Positions 23,092 to 34,662 of a stretch of DNA of 40,913 bases are shown here, in pieces (position 1 is the stretch's first letter; every line of letters starts with the position of its first letter). The notes beneath the pieces were generated by a model. That model was given only the letters and a program-made list of their open reading frames with translations. It was not told where the DNA came from and searched no databases. Origin of the DNA: Octopus sinensis (taxonomy: Eukaryota). The stretch covers positions 1-40,913 of the forward strand of contig NW_021835319.1 in the NCBI RefSeq assembly GCF_006345805.1. The letters run 5' to 3'. The translations under genes and the position numbers were made by a program.

Positions 23092-23490
23092 GTATTTCTA
23101 TTCTAGGCACAAGGCCCAAAATTTTGGGGGAGGGAGCCAGTCGATTAGATCGACCTCAGTACGCAACTGGTATTTAATTTATTGACCCCGAAAGGATGAA
23201 AGGCAAAGTCGACCTCGGCGGAGTTTGAACTCAGAACGTAGCGGCAGACGAAATACCTATTTCTTTAGTACCCACAAGGGGCTAAACACAGAGAGGACAA
23301 ACAAGGACGGACAAACAGATTAAGTCGATTATATCGACTCCAGTGTGTAACTGGTACTTATTTAATCGACCCCAAAAGGATGAAAGGCAAAGTCGATCTC
23401 GGCGGAATTTGAACTCAGAACGTAACGGCAGACGAAATACGGCTACGCATTTCGCCCGGCGTGCTAACGTTTCTGCCAGTTCGACGCCTT
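23092..23490 (-). mobile_element. SINE family A dimer, immediately tandem to the previous dimer
   Basis: Same architecture; tail-1 starts about 5 bp after the previous head. Confidence 0.92.
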
Positions 23491-24957
23491 AGCAATCATT
23501 GTTGCTAAGAATATTGCAGTAATGAAATCTTAAAAAAAAAAAAGAAAAAAAGAAGAAGAAGAAATCGTTATATCCTTAATGTAGTAAAATAACTGAATCG
23601 CAACTGTCGTTGTTCTGGTTGTTGAAATTGTTGCATGTTTAAGAGTCGTGTTATGGAGATTACCGTCACGACCTGTGAGCGTGCATTGCGTTACCTGCTA
23701 GAAAAATAGAATTATTATGAGAAAAAAAAAAAAGAAACCCTGATTCAATTAACGAATTTTGAACGAATTCATACTCATGACTTCTTACCCCTACAACGAA
23801 CTCAGAATGCGTACTGATGGAATATCGCTCACTTATAGGTCCTTAATTTTGGTCCTCACCCTTCGATTATCCCTCTATCCGCCTAGTACAGTTGGCCTGA
23901 GGGTGTTCCGTGACCCCGTATCAACAGCCACGATATTTCATAAAGCAGGACAGAAAATTCAGTTTCTCAGTGAAACCCCACAGTTATATCACTGAGCGAG
24001 CTCGATATTTATGACGAATTTACCATATTTGGTAGGTTAGGCATGTATCACTCACCACTCACCAAAGCATATCCAGTATATACACCCTTGGTAGTGTTTG
24101 ATTTAATTTGAGGAAGATTTCGTTGTGCTATTTCTAGCCGATCGAGCGACCGTGTAGAGGCTCATGTTTCGATTGTTTTATGTAACAGTAGGACTTATGC
24201 AGCTTTTATCTCCCACTTTCTCCGTTACCTGTGTGGGAAGTTCAAATAGGATTTTAGCATTACTTTCTAGTATGTGTGTGCGTGTTTGTTCTATCTTTAG
24301 TTACCTCTGTGTAATGTTTTCGTTATCTCTCGTTTCTTTCTAGCTCCAGTTACTCTCTACTGTTTTTTTGTTTTATATTTCATTATGTAATTTACCAAAA
24401 TGTTTGTACGTTACTCCCCACCCCCACCTCCAACCCACAACACCTCCCCACACGACATACGCATACACATTCACACGAGCTTACACACTGTTATGCACAT
24501 AAAGAAACGCGCGCACACACAATGCGCACACATACACACACATGCATACACATATATGCACAGCAGGTATGCACTATCAGCTCGTTTTACTAAAGCTTGT
24601 ACATGCTTCAGTAATAATTATATATGATATGACATGAGGTTGGCCAATGTCGTTTCGGCAAGTAAATTGATATACTACAATACTTGATGGTAAAATATAG
24701 AATCCGGAGATAAAAAGAGGGGAAAATCTTGCGATGGCAACAATTATTCCATCTGCCCAACGGTTCTCAAACTGACATTTAGCAGCCCTCACCTAAATGT
24801 TAGTGAAAAATTCTTTATTAATTATTACTTATTCATAAGAGCTCAGAATTAATTAAAACTCTTTATTAATGAGAAAACAAAACAGTGTTTGTGTTCATAT
24901 TCTTCTTCCTTCGCTATGATATTGGACATATTTAAAGAGCTGGAACTATAATACTGG

Positions 24958-25172
24958 TTTTAAATTTTGGCACAAAGCCAGCAATTTCGAGGAAGGGCGT
25001 AAGACGATTATATCGACCCTAGTGCTCAACTGGTACTTAATTTTATCGGCCACAAAAGAATGGAAGGTAAAGTCGACTTCGGCGGAATTTGAACTCAGGA
25101 CTTATAGGACTAGTGATGGACAAAATGTCGCCAAGCATTTTGCCCAACGTACAAGCGATTCTGCCAGCTCAC
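24958..25172 (-). mobile_element. SINE family A, diverged monomer
   Basis: GGTAAAGTCGACTTCGGCGGAATTTGAACTCAG...AAGCATTTTGCCC...TTCTGCCAGCTC. Confidence 0.8.
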
Positions 25173-25404
25173 CTCCCTAATGTTTTAGGGGGTGGCGGTC
25201 CTGGTGTTCTAGCTATTCTGCCAACCCGATGCCCCTGTTGGAAATATAATATTGGAAGTTTGATGTACATGGTTTAACCGATAGTAAAATACACAGAAAT
25301 AAAAAAAACATTATACACACACCACACACATATTGTTCTATACATATATGTATACACACAAACACATCTATCTATCTATCTCTCTATCTATCTATCTATC
25401 TATC

Positions 25405-25439
<35 letters not shown>

Positions 25440-26487
25440 TATTAGAGTGGCTTTAGCCTTCAGCAATAGGTAATTCTGCGAAAGTTACAATTTTGCTGCT
25501 CCCACCCCCCTAATCCTGTTCCAATAAATAAAATAACGGGATGTGCAAAATCTTACCTGAATCGGACAATTGCTAGGCGACCCTTAAACACCTGCTGTGT
25601 GGATTACATAACGACAGTGTGTGACACACTGTTAGACTCTGTCATTCAATAGATTTAGGAACGTGGAAACATTTTCTGCTTAAAATATTGTACCCGAGAA
25701 AACTTTCCTTTATTTCCACCAAGTGAAGATATCTCACTTTTATTTAATATTCATATAAAACATTGATTTATTTGAAGTCTCTACAAACATGAGATTTTGG
25801 CTCTGTTTCTCGATATTGTATTTTAATGTTCACTAACCAAAAGCTGATAATGAAAACATAAGCTTCTTGTATGCACATCACATATTTAATAAAGCCGGAG
25901 GTCGGATTTGATCGGCGGACTGCAGTTTGTTTAATTCTTTGGTTTGATTTAGACATCGTAACCAAGGCCATACTGGAACATCATCTTTAGACGTCTGCCT
26001 TTCTTTGACTTCCCAGACATAATGTATTTAGCGCTCTATTCAATCTTACCTTCTTTTTCAATACGGTAGAATACTACGTAAGGGATATTTGGCTGCTATT
26101 TCTTGTAGGTCAGACTACACAGTTGATATAAGTGAGATTTATTCCAAATGCCGTTCATCTTTCTCCTCTTCATCTCTTCCTTTTCTTCCTCACCCTTTTC
26201 TTCTTCCTCTTGTATCTCAACAACGCATTGATTTTTTGGAATTTCAATAAATCTTCAAGGAAATGCCAGAATAAATATTGTTACTTCTTCGAGGTTCTGA
26301 GACAATGGGAAACATCCTGATGGAATCGAATTATCGCCGAATGTTTTGCAAAATAATCGATAACGGACGTCGATAATATTGGACCTAGATATTTCAAAGA
26401 ACCAGGAATACCACTGATAAAAACAAAAGCCAACGGCTACCTTGGTGTACAGAGACATTTTAAGACCATAACTTTGATAAATTGTAA

Positions 26488-26878
26488 GCGCAGGCATGGC
26501 TGTGTGCTTCCCAACCACATGACTTTGGGTTCAATCCCATTGCGTGGCACCTAGGGCAAATGTCTTCTACTCTGGGTTCGGGCCGACCAAAGCCTTGCGA
26601 GTGGATTTGGTAGATGGAAACGGAAAGAAGCCTGTCGTATATACGTATACACATATATATATGTGTACGTGTCTTTGTGTCTCTGTCTCTTTTCCCACCA
26701 CCGCTTGACAACCGGTGTTGCTGTGCTTACGTCCCCGTAACCTAGCGATTCGGCGAAATAGATCGATAGAATAAGTATCAGATTTAAAAAAGAAGTACTG
26801 GGGCTGATTTCTTCGACTAAAAATTCAAGGCATTGCTCCCGCATGACCGCAGTCATATGACTGAAACAGATAAAAAAC
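26488..26878 (+). mobile_element. SINE family B, near full length
   Basis: GCATGGCTGTGTG..CTTCCCAACCAC..GGGTTCAATCCC..GGCAAATGTCTTC..internal TA/TG..GCATGACCGCAGTC..ATGACTGAAAC. Confidence 0.88.
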
Positions 26879-27211
26879 ATTCCGTTATTTCTATCACAAA
26901 TGGCGATAAAACGCCCATACATATAACTAACACGCCTTTCAACGTATATTACAGTCCATCACATTTTGACAAAGCCAGTGATAGACACCGTCAAACATTA
27001 AAGAAGCCACTTTAGCTTTTGCGTGATAGAACATTCTAGAAGTTTATTGAGCAGTTCTATAAACCTATGATGTGAGCACTCAATAGAGATAGTTTTAGTT
27101 ACGGCTGAGGATTATATCAGTCTGGCCCACCTTATATAAGATGATCTCTCAGAATTCTTACTTTCTTACACTTACATTAACCTATTTTCTAACATTCTAT
27201 CACGCACATGT

Positions 27212-27522
27212 GGAGGCACATAGCCTAGTGGTTAGAGCAGCGGACTCGCGGTCAAGGGATCGCGGGTTCGAATCTCAGACCGGGCGATGTGTGTGTTTAT
27301 GAGCGAAACACCTATGCTCCACGCGACTCCGGCAGAAGATAATGCCGAACTTCTGCTGACTCTTTCGCCACAACTTTCTCTCACTTCTTTCCTCCTGCAT
27401 CTTGCAGCTCACCTGCGACGGACCGGCGTCCTGTTCAGGTGGGGAACCTATATGCCAAGGAAACCGGGTAACCGGCCCTTATGAGCCAGACGTGGCTCGT
27501 GAAGGAACAAACAAAACAAAAC
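27212..27522 (+). mobile_element. tRNA-derived SINE family D, 3' variant 1
   Basis: A-box TAGCCTAGTGG, B-box GGTTCGAATC, body GTGTTTATGAGCGAAACACC..GCTCCACG, 3' region CCTGCGACGGACCGGCGTCC...GGAAACCGGG and an (AAAAC)n tail. Confidence 0.85.
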
Positions 27523-27979
27523 GCACAGACACATAAGGAGTTAACGGACATCTTATATAAATACACAGTAAAGACGTTGCCTCTCTTTCGCCTTCCTTCC
27601 GCCCCCTCTCTTTCTCTCTCTTTCCCCAATACTTTACTTCTGTCTTTCTTTCTGACTTTCTATCCGCCCTTCTCTTGTCTCCTACAGGACACTTTCATTT
27701 TCCTTTGCGTTACCACATATCTGCCTGTATTGCAGCCGCACGCCTTTTTTTTGTTTTTGCTGTATATGTATATTTTATCTTATCATGTTTGTTTTCATCA
27801 TTGTCCTGTACGTTCGTTAGCTATTCCTAATGGCTTTTCGCCACCAAATGTGAACAATATCAACGTTAAAGGCGCGAAATTGTAAAGATCTTTTGGATGT
27901 TGACTGATGAGGAATTAGCTACGAATTTTCTGTTTGTCATGTTTTTGTAAAATTTTCCGTTTGGTATGTTTTTGTTAAA

Positions 27980-28021
<42 letters not shown>

Positions 28022-28023
<2 letters not shown>

Positions 28024-28118
28024 GATGAGCTACTTTCAGTTTCCGTCTGCTAAATCCACTGTCGGCCTGAGGCTATAGTAGAAGACTCTTGCTCAAGGTG
28101 GCTGAGAAGCGAGCTTCC
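28022..28118 (-). mobile_element. SINE family B fragment
   Basis: CTTTCAGTTTCCGTCTGCTAAATCCACT...GAGGCTATAGTAGAAGACTCTTGCTCAAGGTG. Confidence 0.7.
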
Positions 28119-28198
28119 AGCCATCATCATTGATTAAAACTGTACACAGGGATATTATGAAAATACAAGGGATATAATAAAACATAGGATGCAATATA

Positions 28199-28500
28199 TC
28201 TTTATATATAAAACTAAAGTTGTGTGTGTCTGTCTCCTCCGATTTAGATTCCTAACTACTCCCACATTTTGCGGTGCAGTTTAACCAAAAGCGGGTATCT
28301 TGTAGTCGTGATTCATATCGAACCCTTCTGGGTATTAGCGCGCGTCTACGATGAGTCTACGATTAAAAAAGAAAATTTACCATAATTTTTCCGCATTTTT
28401 AATGATTTTTGCTCGGGTTATATAAGGGAAGTAACTCTCTAAAAATGCTTATATAGTTATTTCCCTTACAAACCCGAGCAACGCCGGGCGATACTGCTAG
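28199..28500 (+). mobile_element. Complete non-autonomous Helitron, 302 bp
   Basis: Begins A|TCTTTATATATAAAA and ends with the GC hairpin CCCGAGCAACGCCGGG (28473-28488) followed by CTAG|T. Inserted between A and T with no TSD, the canonical Helitron signature. Confidence 0.88.
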
Positions 28501-28529
28501 TATATCATATATTAGATACGATTGAGGAG

Positions 28530-28862
28530 CGGCCATCGGTCATGAATGATCATGGGTTTGCACCTATAGAGTTACCCCCGCAGGCACAAGTCCGAGCAAG
28601 GTTGTTTATGGAAGACTAACAGTCGCCCATGCGTACCAGCCTCCCTTCTTCATGTCACCGATGTTATCTAAGGGAAAGGCAAAGGCAAAGGGGCCGATAC
28701 AGCTTGGTACCTGTGACGTCACAACTCATTTCTACAGTTGATCGAACTGGAGCAACGTGAAATAATGTGACTTGCTCAAGAACACGACACACAGACCAGT
28801 CTGGGAACCGAACTCACTGCCTCATGATTCTGTGCCCGACGGTCTAATCACTGAGTCATGCA
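28530..28862 (-). mobile_element. SINE family C copy
   Basis: Reverse complement of the 34108-34403 element (CTGGAGCAACGTGAAA...CTTGCTCAAGAACAC; GGGAAAGGCAAAGG; GGGCCGATACAGCTTGG). Confidence 0.85.
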
Positions 28863-28929
28863 CTTTCACAGATATGATTACTATATATAAAGCAATATGC
28901 GGGCTTAGCCGCGTGGTTACTTCGTTAAT

Positions 28930-29290
28930 CTGAACTCTCGTTGAATAATCGTGGCACTCCGTCGGTTACGACGAAGAGGTTTGCCAGTTGATCCAATCAA
29001 TGGAACAGCCTGCTCGTGAAATTAACGTGCAAGTGGCTGAGCACTCCACAGACACGTGTACCTTTAACGTAGTTCTAGGGGGAGATTCAGCGTGACACAG
29101 AGTATGACAAGGCTGGCCCCTTTCAAATACAGGTACAACAGAAACAGGAAGAAAGTTGTGGTGAAAGAGTTCAACAGGGTTCGCTAACAACTCCCTGCCG
29201 GATCCCCGTGGAGCTTTAAGTGTTTTCGCTCAATAAACACTCACAACGCCCGGTCTGGGAATCGTAACTGGGCCATTGCGCCTCCATATA
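28930..29290 (-). mobile_element. SINE family D, 3' variant 2
   Basis: The 5' part matches 27212 (CAGACCGGGCG..GTGTTTATTGAGCGAAAACAC..GCTCCACG..TCCGGCAG). The 3' part differs (GTGGAGTGCTCAGCCACTTGCACGTTAATTTCACGAGCAGGCTGTTCC). Confidence 0.82.
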
Positions 29291-29345
29291 TATATATATA
29301 TATATATATTGCCAATGATTGCAGTGTGAGTACGTGGAATTATGA

Positions 29346-29440
29346 CAATAAACACTCACAACGCCCGGCTTGGGAATCGAAACCGTGATCCTACGACCGC
29401 GAGTCCACTGCCCTAACCACTGGGCTATTGCGCCTCCATA
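29346..29440 (-). mobile_element. SINE family D head-only copy, part of a local tandem duplication
   Basis: Minus strand: GGAGGCGCAATAGCCCAGTGGTTAGGGCAGTGGACTCGCGGTCGTAGGATCACGGTTTCGATTCCC. Confidence 0.8.
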
Positions 29441-30037
29441 TATGTATATAAATATTGCCGGTGATTGCATTGTGAGTACACGGGGTTATGACATAATATA
29501 CGTGGACAGAAGGAGAAAGGATTCAAAAGTGAGTCGTTTCAACAAAATTAAAGTCAGACCCCTGGCAATGCGTTTCCTCCACATGCTAAATATAGCAGCT
29601 AAATCTCCCTCAGATTTTAACCCTGCTATCTTAGGGAAAGGGAGAGAATGAAAAACGTGCTTCTGAGGGTGATCACAGTTGCAGTGATTAAGTTCGCTCC
29701 GCTGGGGCTGCTCAACAACAACAACAACTACAGCAGCAACAACAGCAACAACAACCTAGGTAAGAGTAAAGCTTCACAGCAGACAAGACTGCCTCTGTAT
29801 GAAATACTGAATATAGGAAAACCAGAAATGGTGGTGGTGGTGGTGGTGGCGGTAGAGGTGGTAGAGGTGGTGGTGCTTGTAGTGGTGGTATTGGTGGTAG
29901 TGTTGGTGGTGGTGGTGATGGTGGTGGAGTGGAGGGAAGTTTTGTTAATTGTATTAACACTCTGGATAGAATTAGTAACATTAGTAACACACTGAACTTT
30001 TACTTCACAACCGTTTTTACATACATACGTATATATA

Positions 30038-30073
<36 letters not shown>

Positions 30074-30561
30074 TGTATGTATGTATGTATGTGTTTTTAT
30101 ACACACACACATATAAGTATATATGCAAATGTATGCGTGAATAGCTATACATACAGATATGTGGATATATATGTGTGTATATATATATATATGCATAAAG
30201 TATATATATATGTGTGAGTGTGTATACATACAGATAAATCCATACACACCTATATATCCATGCACATATGTATAGATAAAAACATACGTAAGCACAAAAT
30301 GCATATATATGTGTGTATATACACACCCACATGCATGTGTGTGTATATATATATATATATATGTGTGTGTGTGGTGTGTGTGTGTGTGTGTGCGTATGTA
30401 TACATATCGTTTCCTTCATCGTGTCTCGCCATTTGTTAATCGGCATCGACAAGCATAAACAGTAACTAATTCATATAAACACGCTGGAAGTAAAATACGT
30501 GTGATAATGATTAAACAAAGGTTCTCCAGACACAACACATATATATATCATTACATCGATC

Positions 30562-30650
30562 TTCAGTTGCTTGCCATATGATCCGAATCTTTGGCCCTCC
30601 CCTATACTTAATAACATGGCCGTGCGCCTGTTTTCACGTACATACAAACA
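30562..30650 (+). repeat. Left arm of a long-range inverted duplication
   Basis: 86/89 identical to the reverse complement of 31856-31944. Confidence 0.95.
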
Positions 30651-30674
30651 TTCATACATACATACATACGTACA

Positions 30675-30708
<34 letters not shown>

Positions 30709-31275
30709 CGTACATGCATGCATATATACATACATGTATACATACATGCATGCATATATACATATATACATACATGCATACATACATACATACATACATA
30801 CATACATTCTTAAATATATACATTCTTACATACATTCTTACATACATACATACTTACATACATACATACATACATACTTACATACATACGTACATACATA
30901 CATATATACCTACATGCATGCATACATACATATATACCTACATGCATGCATACATGCATATATACCTACATGCATGCATACATATATACATCATGCATAC
31001 ATACATACATATATACATACATGCATACATACATACATACATGCATGCATGCATACATACATGCATGCATGCATGCATACATATATACATACATGCATGC
31101 ATGCATACATATATACATACATGCATGCATGCATACATATATACATACATGCATGCATACATATATACATACAAGCATGCATTCATACATATATACATAC
31201 GTGCATGAATATATACATATATACATACATGCATATATACATACCTACATACGTACACAGATACATGCATGCATA
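30651..31275. repeat. (CATA)n/(CATG)n microsatellite, ~620 bp
   Basis: Direct reading. Confidence 0.95.
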
Positions 31276-31678
31276 CTCTTTGCTCTTTACTCTTTTACTT
31301 GTTTAAGTCATTTGACTGTGGCCATGCTGGTGCACCGCCTTTAGTCGAGCAAATCGACCCCAGGACTTATTCTTTGGAAGCCTAGTTTCTTATTCTATCG
31401 GTCTCTTTTGCCGAATCGCTAGGTTACGGCGACGTAAACACCAGCATCGGTTGTCAAGCGATGTTGGGGGGACAAACGCAGACACACAAACATACACACA
31501 CACACATATATATATATATACATATATACGACGGGCTTCTTTCAGTTTCCATCTACCAAATCCACTCACAAGGCTATAGTAGAAGACACTTGCCCAATGT
31601 GCTACGCAGTGGGACTGATCCTGGAACTTTGTGGTTGGTAAACAAGCTACTTATCACACAGCCACTCCTACGCCTATA
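31276..31678 (-). mobile_element. SINE family B, near full length
   Basis: Same architecture as 17066-17443; head reads TAGGCGTAGGAGTGGCTGTGTGATAAG on the minus strand. Confidence 0.92.
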
Positions 31679-31755
31679 CACACATAAATGCATACATACA
31701 TACAAACTTTGAATTCACTGTCAATAACAATCTTGTTTAAAAGTATTCTTAAATA

Positions 31756-31790
<35 letters not shown>

Positions 31791-31855
31791 ATGTATGTAT
31801 GTATGTATGTATGTATGTATGTACGTACGTACGTACGTATGTATGTATGAATGTT

Positions 31856-31944
31856 TGTTTGTATGTACGTGAAAACAGGCGCACGGCCATGTTATTAAGT
31901 ATAGCGGAGGGACAAAGATTCGGATCATATGGCAAACAACTGAA
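31856..31944 (-). repeat. Right arm of a long-range inverted duplication
   Basis: Reverse complement of 30562-30650 with 3 substitutions. Confidence 0.95.
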
Positions 31945-32085
31945 ATTTTTGAGGAGGGGTCCAATCAGTTAGATCGACCCCTGTACGCAACTGGCACTTA
32001 ATTTATCGATCTCGAAAGGAATAAAGGGAAAGTGGACCTCGGCGGAATTTGAACTCAAAACGTACAGACAGACGAAATACCTATT
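31941..32085 (-). mobile_element. SINE family A, partial
   Basis: TGAAATTTTTGAGGAGGGG..TAGATCGACCCC..GGACCTCGGCGGAATTTGAACTC..GACGAAATACCTATT. Confidence 0.82.
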
Positions 32086-32103
32086 CGTACATAAAATCAA
32101 TCA

Positions 32104-32153
<50 letters not shown>

Positions 32154-32546
32154 ATATGGATAGATAGTCAATGTATGTGTCGGTTATTCTCAGTCGGACA
32201 ACCATACATACATATACATGCGCGCAAATGCGCATGCGTTCAATATATTTTGTGTGCATATATATATACGTATGCATGTATCCATGCATGTATGCATATA
32301 TGTATGCATGTATGCATGCATGCATGTATGCATATATGCATGCATGCATGTATGTATGCATGTATGTAAGTATGTATGCATGCATGTATGTATGTATGTA
32401 TGTATGCATGTATGTACGTCTGCGTGAGTACGTGCATCTACACCTGAAAGCATTATCCATAAAGGAAAAGATAGAACTTACTTCAAAGAGATAAAGGGAA
32501 AACAATACAAAAAAACAGAAAAGCAACTGTCTCCAGGTAAAGTTAC

Positions 32547-32629
32547 CTGAACAGCGAGACCCACCCTTAAACTAATGGTAAATGTATTTGTTTCGAAAGT
32601 CTGTCTTTTACATCGCAATCAAAGACATT
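32547..32629 (-). other. Candidate 83-nt spliced exon, closed in all three frames
   Basis: Preceded on the minus strand by a ~50-nt polypyrimidine tract ending TTTCTAG and followed by CAG|GTAACT. Confidence 0.35.
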
Positions 32630-32936
32630 CTAGAAAGACAGAAAGAGAGGAGCAAAAAAAAAAAAAAAGAAAAGAAATACAAAAGCACACGCATCTATAT
32701 TTATATATATGCATATTTGTATGTATGTATGTATGTATGTATGTATCTTTTTCTCTCTCTGTCCCTATGTGTGTGTGTGTGTGTATGTGTGTGTGTATGT
32801 GTGTGTGTGTGGATGTGTGTGTGGATGTGTGTGTGGATCAGCATGGCCGCAGCTATGAGCTGAAACTACAGAATATATATATATATATTATATACACACA
32901 CAAAAAGATACACATATTATATATATGTATATATAT

Positions 32937-33023
<87 letters not shown>

Positions 33024-33493
33024 AAGAGACATATATATGTGTATGTATATATATATATCCATGCATACATGTATATGTATGCATATATATGTGTATATGA
33101 ATACACACACACGTATATACATACACACACACATACATACATACATACATACACACACAAAACCAACAAGCAATATGAACATTAATTGGGACATTGATAT
33201 TAAGACGCAATTACCCAAGGAGTAGAAATATTCTTTGCCAGCAATTTATCAGATCTCCAGCTACAGAAGATTATTCCCCCGGGAAATGGTTTAAAAGAAG
33301 TTTATCTCGCAAAAACTTCTCCTTCTCTCAATTAATTAACCAATATAGATTACTATATTTCGATGGTGTTTGTGATTTGGGATTATGAATTCATCAAATT
33401 TCGTTTATAAGTTCATGGAAACAACCAATAGAACTATTTTTGTCTTAGAGATTCTTCGCTGGCGTCCTTCGTCTTCCATTTGTGTTGTTGCTG

Positions 33494-33539
33494 TTATTAT
33501 CATTATTATTATTATTAATATTATTATTATTATTATTAC

Positions 33540-33623
<84 letters not shown>

Positions 33624-33660
33624 CATTATTATTATTATTATTATTATCATCATTATTATT

Positions 33661-33713
<53 letters not shown>

Positions 33714-33729
33714 CCTTATTATTATTATT

Positions 33730-33812
<83 letters not shown>
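33494..33812. repeat. (ATT)n/(ATC) trinucleotide run of ~290 bp followed by (AGT)n
   Basis: Direct reading; source of the poly-Ile and poly-Leu ORFs. Confidence 0.97.
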
Positions 33813-33814
<2 letters not shown>

Positions 33815-34107
33815 CCTAAAAGACTAAAAGACTACACCTTGAGGAACTTTCGAAATATAGATATACATAAACAACGCAACGAAAACTAAAATGGAAGATT
33901 TAGTACAACTAACTGCCGGAAGTGTGGCAGTTCAAGGAGATCCAGAGACACCGACCTCGGTGAGGCTACAAGCAGTCATATCGTCTGCGATGATATATCG
34001 TTTGTTGCTATCTTCACATGTGTTCGGAAGTTATGTCTTGGATAATCTTAGCAACGGGATGAAATCGAAGACCTACTCGAAAATCATTAACATATTTTTG
34101 CCTTTGT

Positions 34108-34403
34108 GAAGGCGCATGGCTCAGTGGTTAGAGCGTGGAGCTTACGATCGTGAGGTTGTGAGTTCGATTCCCGGATCGGGCTGCGTGTTGTGTTCTTGAG
34201 CAAGACACTTTACTTCACGTTGCTCCAGTTCACTCAGCTGTAGAAATGAGTTGCGACATCACTGGTGCCAAGCTGTATCGGCCCCTTTGCCTTTCCCTTG
34301 GATAACATCAGTGGTGTGGAGAGGGGAGGCTGGTATGCATGGGCGACTGCTGGCTTTCCACAAACAACCTTGCTCGGACTTGTGCCTCGGAGGGGAACTT
34401 TCT
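34108..34403 (+). mobile_element. tRNA-derived SINE family C
   Basis: A-box TGGCTCAGTGG, B-box GAGTTCGATTC, then TGTGTTCTTGAGCAAGACACTT (CORE/Meta-like central motif); a second copy lies at 28530-28862. Confidence 0.88.
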
Positions 34404-34419
34404 ACACACATACACGTAT

Positions 34420-34582
34420 ATACATGATGAGCTTCCACGCATTTTCCGTCAACCAAATCCATTCAGAAGGCATTGGTCGGTCCAGAGCTATAGCTGAAGA
34501 CATTTGTCCTAGGACCCGCGCCGAGAGACTGAATCCCAAACCGTCCGGTTGCAAAGCGAACTTCTTAACCACACAGCCATGT
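34420..34582 (-). mobile_element. SINE family B, diverged 5' half
   Basis: TTTCCGTCAACCAAATCCATTC...GCTATAGCTGAAGACATTTG...GCGAACTTCTTAACCACACAGCCATG. Confidence 0.7.
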
Positions 34583-34662
34583 CAATGAAACAATTTTATG
34601 AAGATTAATAGATTTAGTCCTCAAGAAAAAAAGAACATTCATAAGCATTATGAAATGCTTAA

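Noticed and set aside
23759-23995. 78-aa ORF in unique sequence (and similar protein-like frames at 7770-7850, 11680-11845, 16900-17010 and 26255-26518)
   Set aside because: No recognisable domain and no consistent acceptor/donor pair; short open frames of this length are expected by chance.
27212-27290. tRNA genes at tRNA-like heads (also 34108, 29346 and 17370-17443)
   Set aside because: A- and B-boxes are present, but acceptor and anticodon stems do not pair properly and each head continues into a SINE body.
27900-27935. CTGATGA as a hammerhead ribozyme core (also 18404)
   Set aside because: There is no pairing stem II and no correctly placed GAAA.
33385-33889. Poly-Ile and poly-Leu ORFs that resemble membrane proteins
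   Set aside because: They are translations of an (ATT)n microsatellite.
33905-34050. Possible zinc-knuckle relic (NCRKCG...IVCCYLH) of an RLE-type LINE
   Set aside because: The His and final Cys of CCHC are missing and the similarity needs frame changes; too weak to call.
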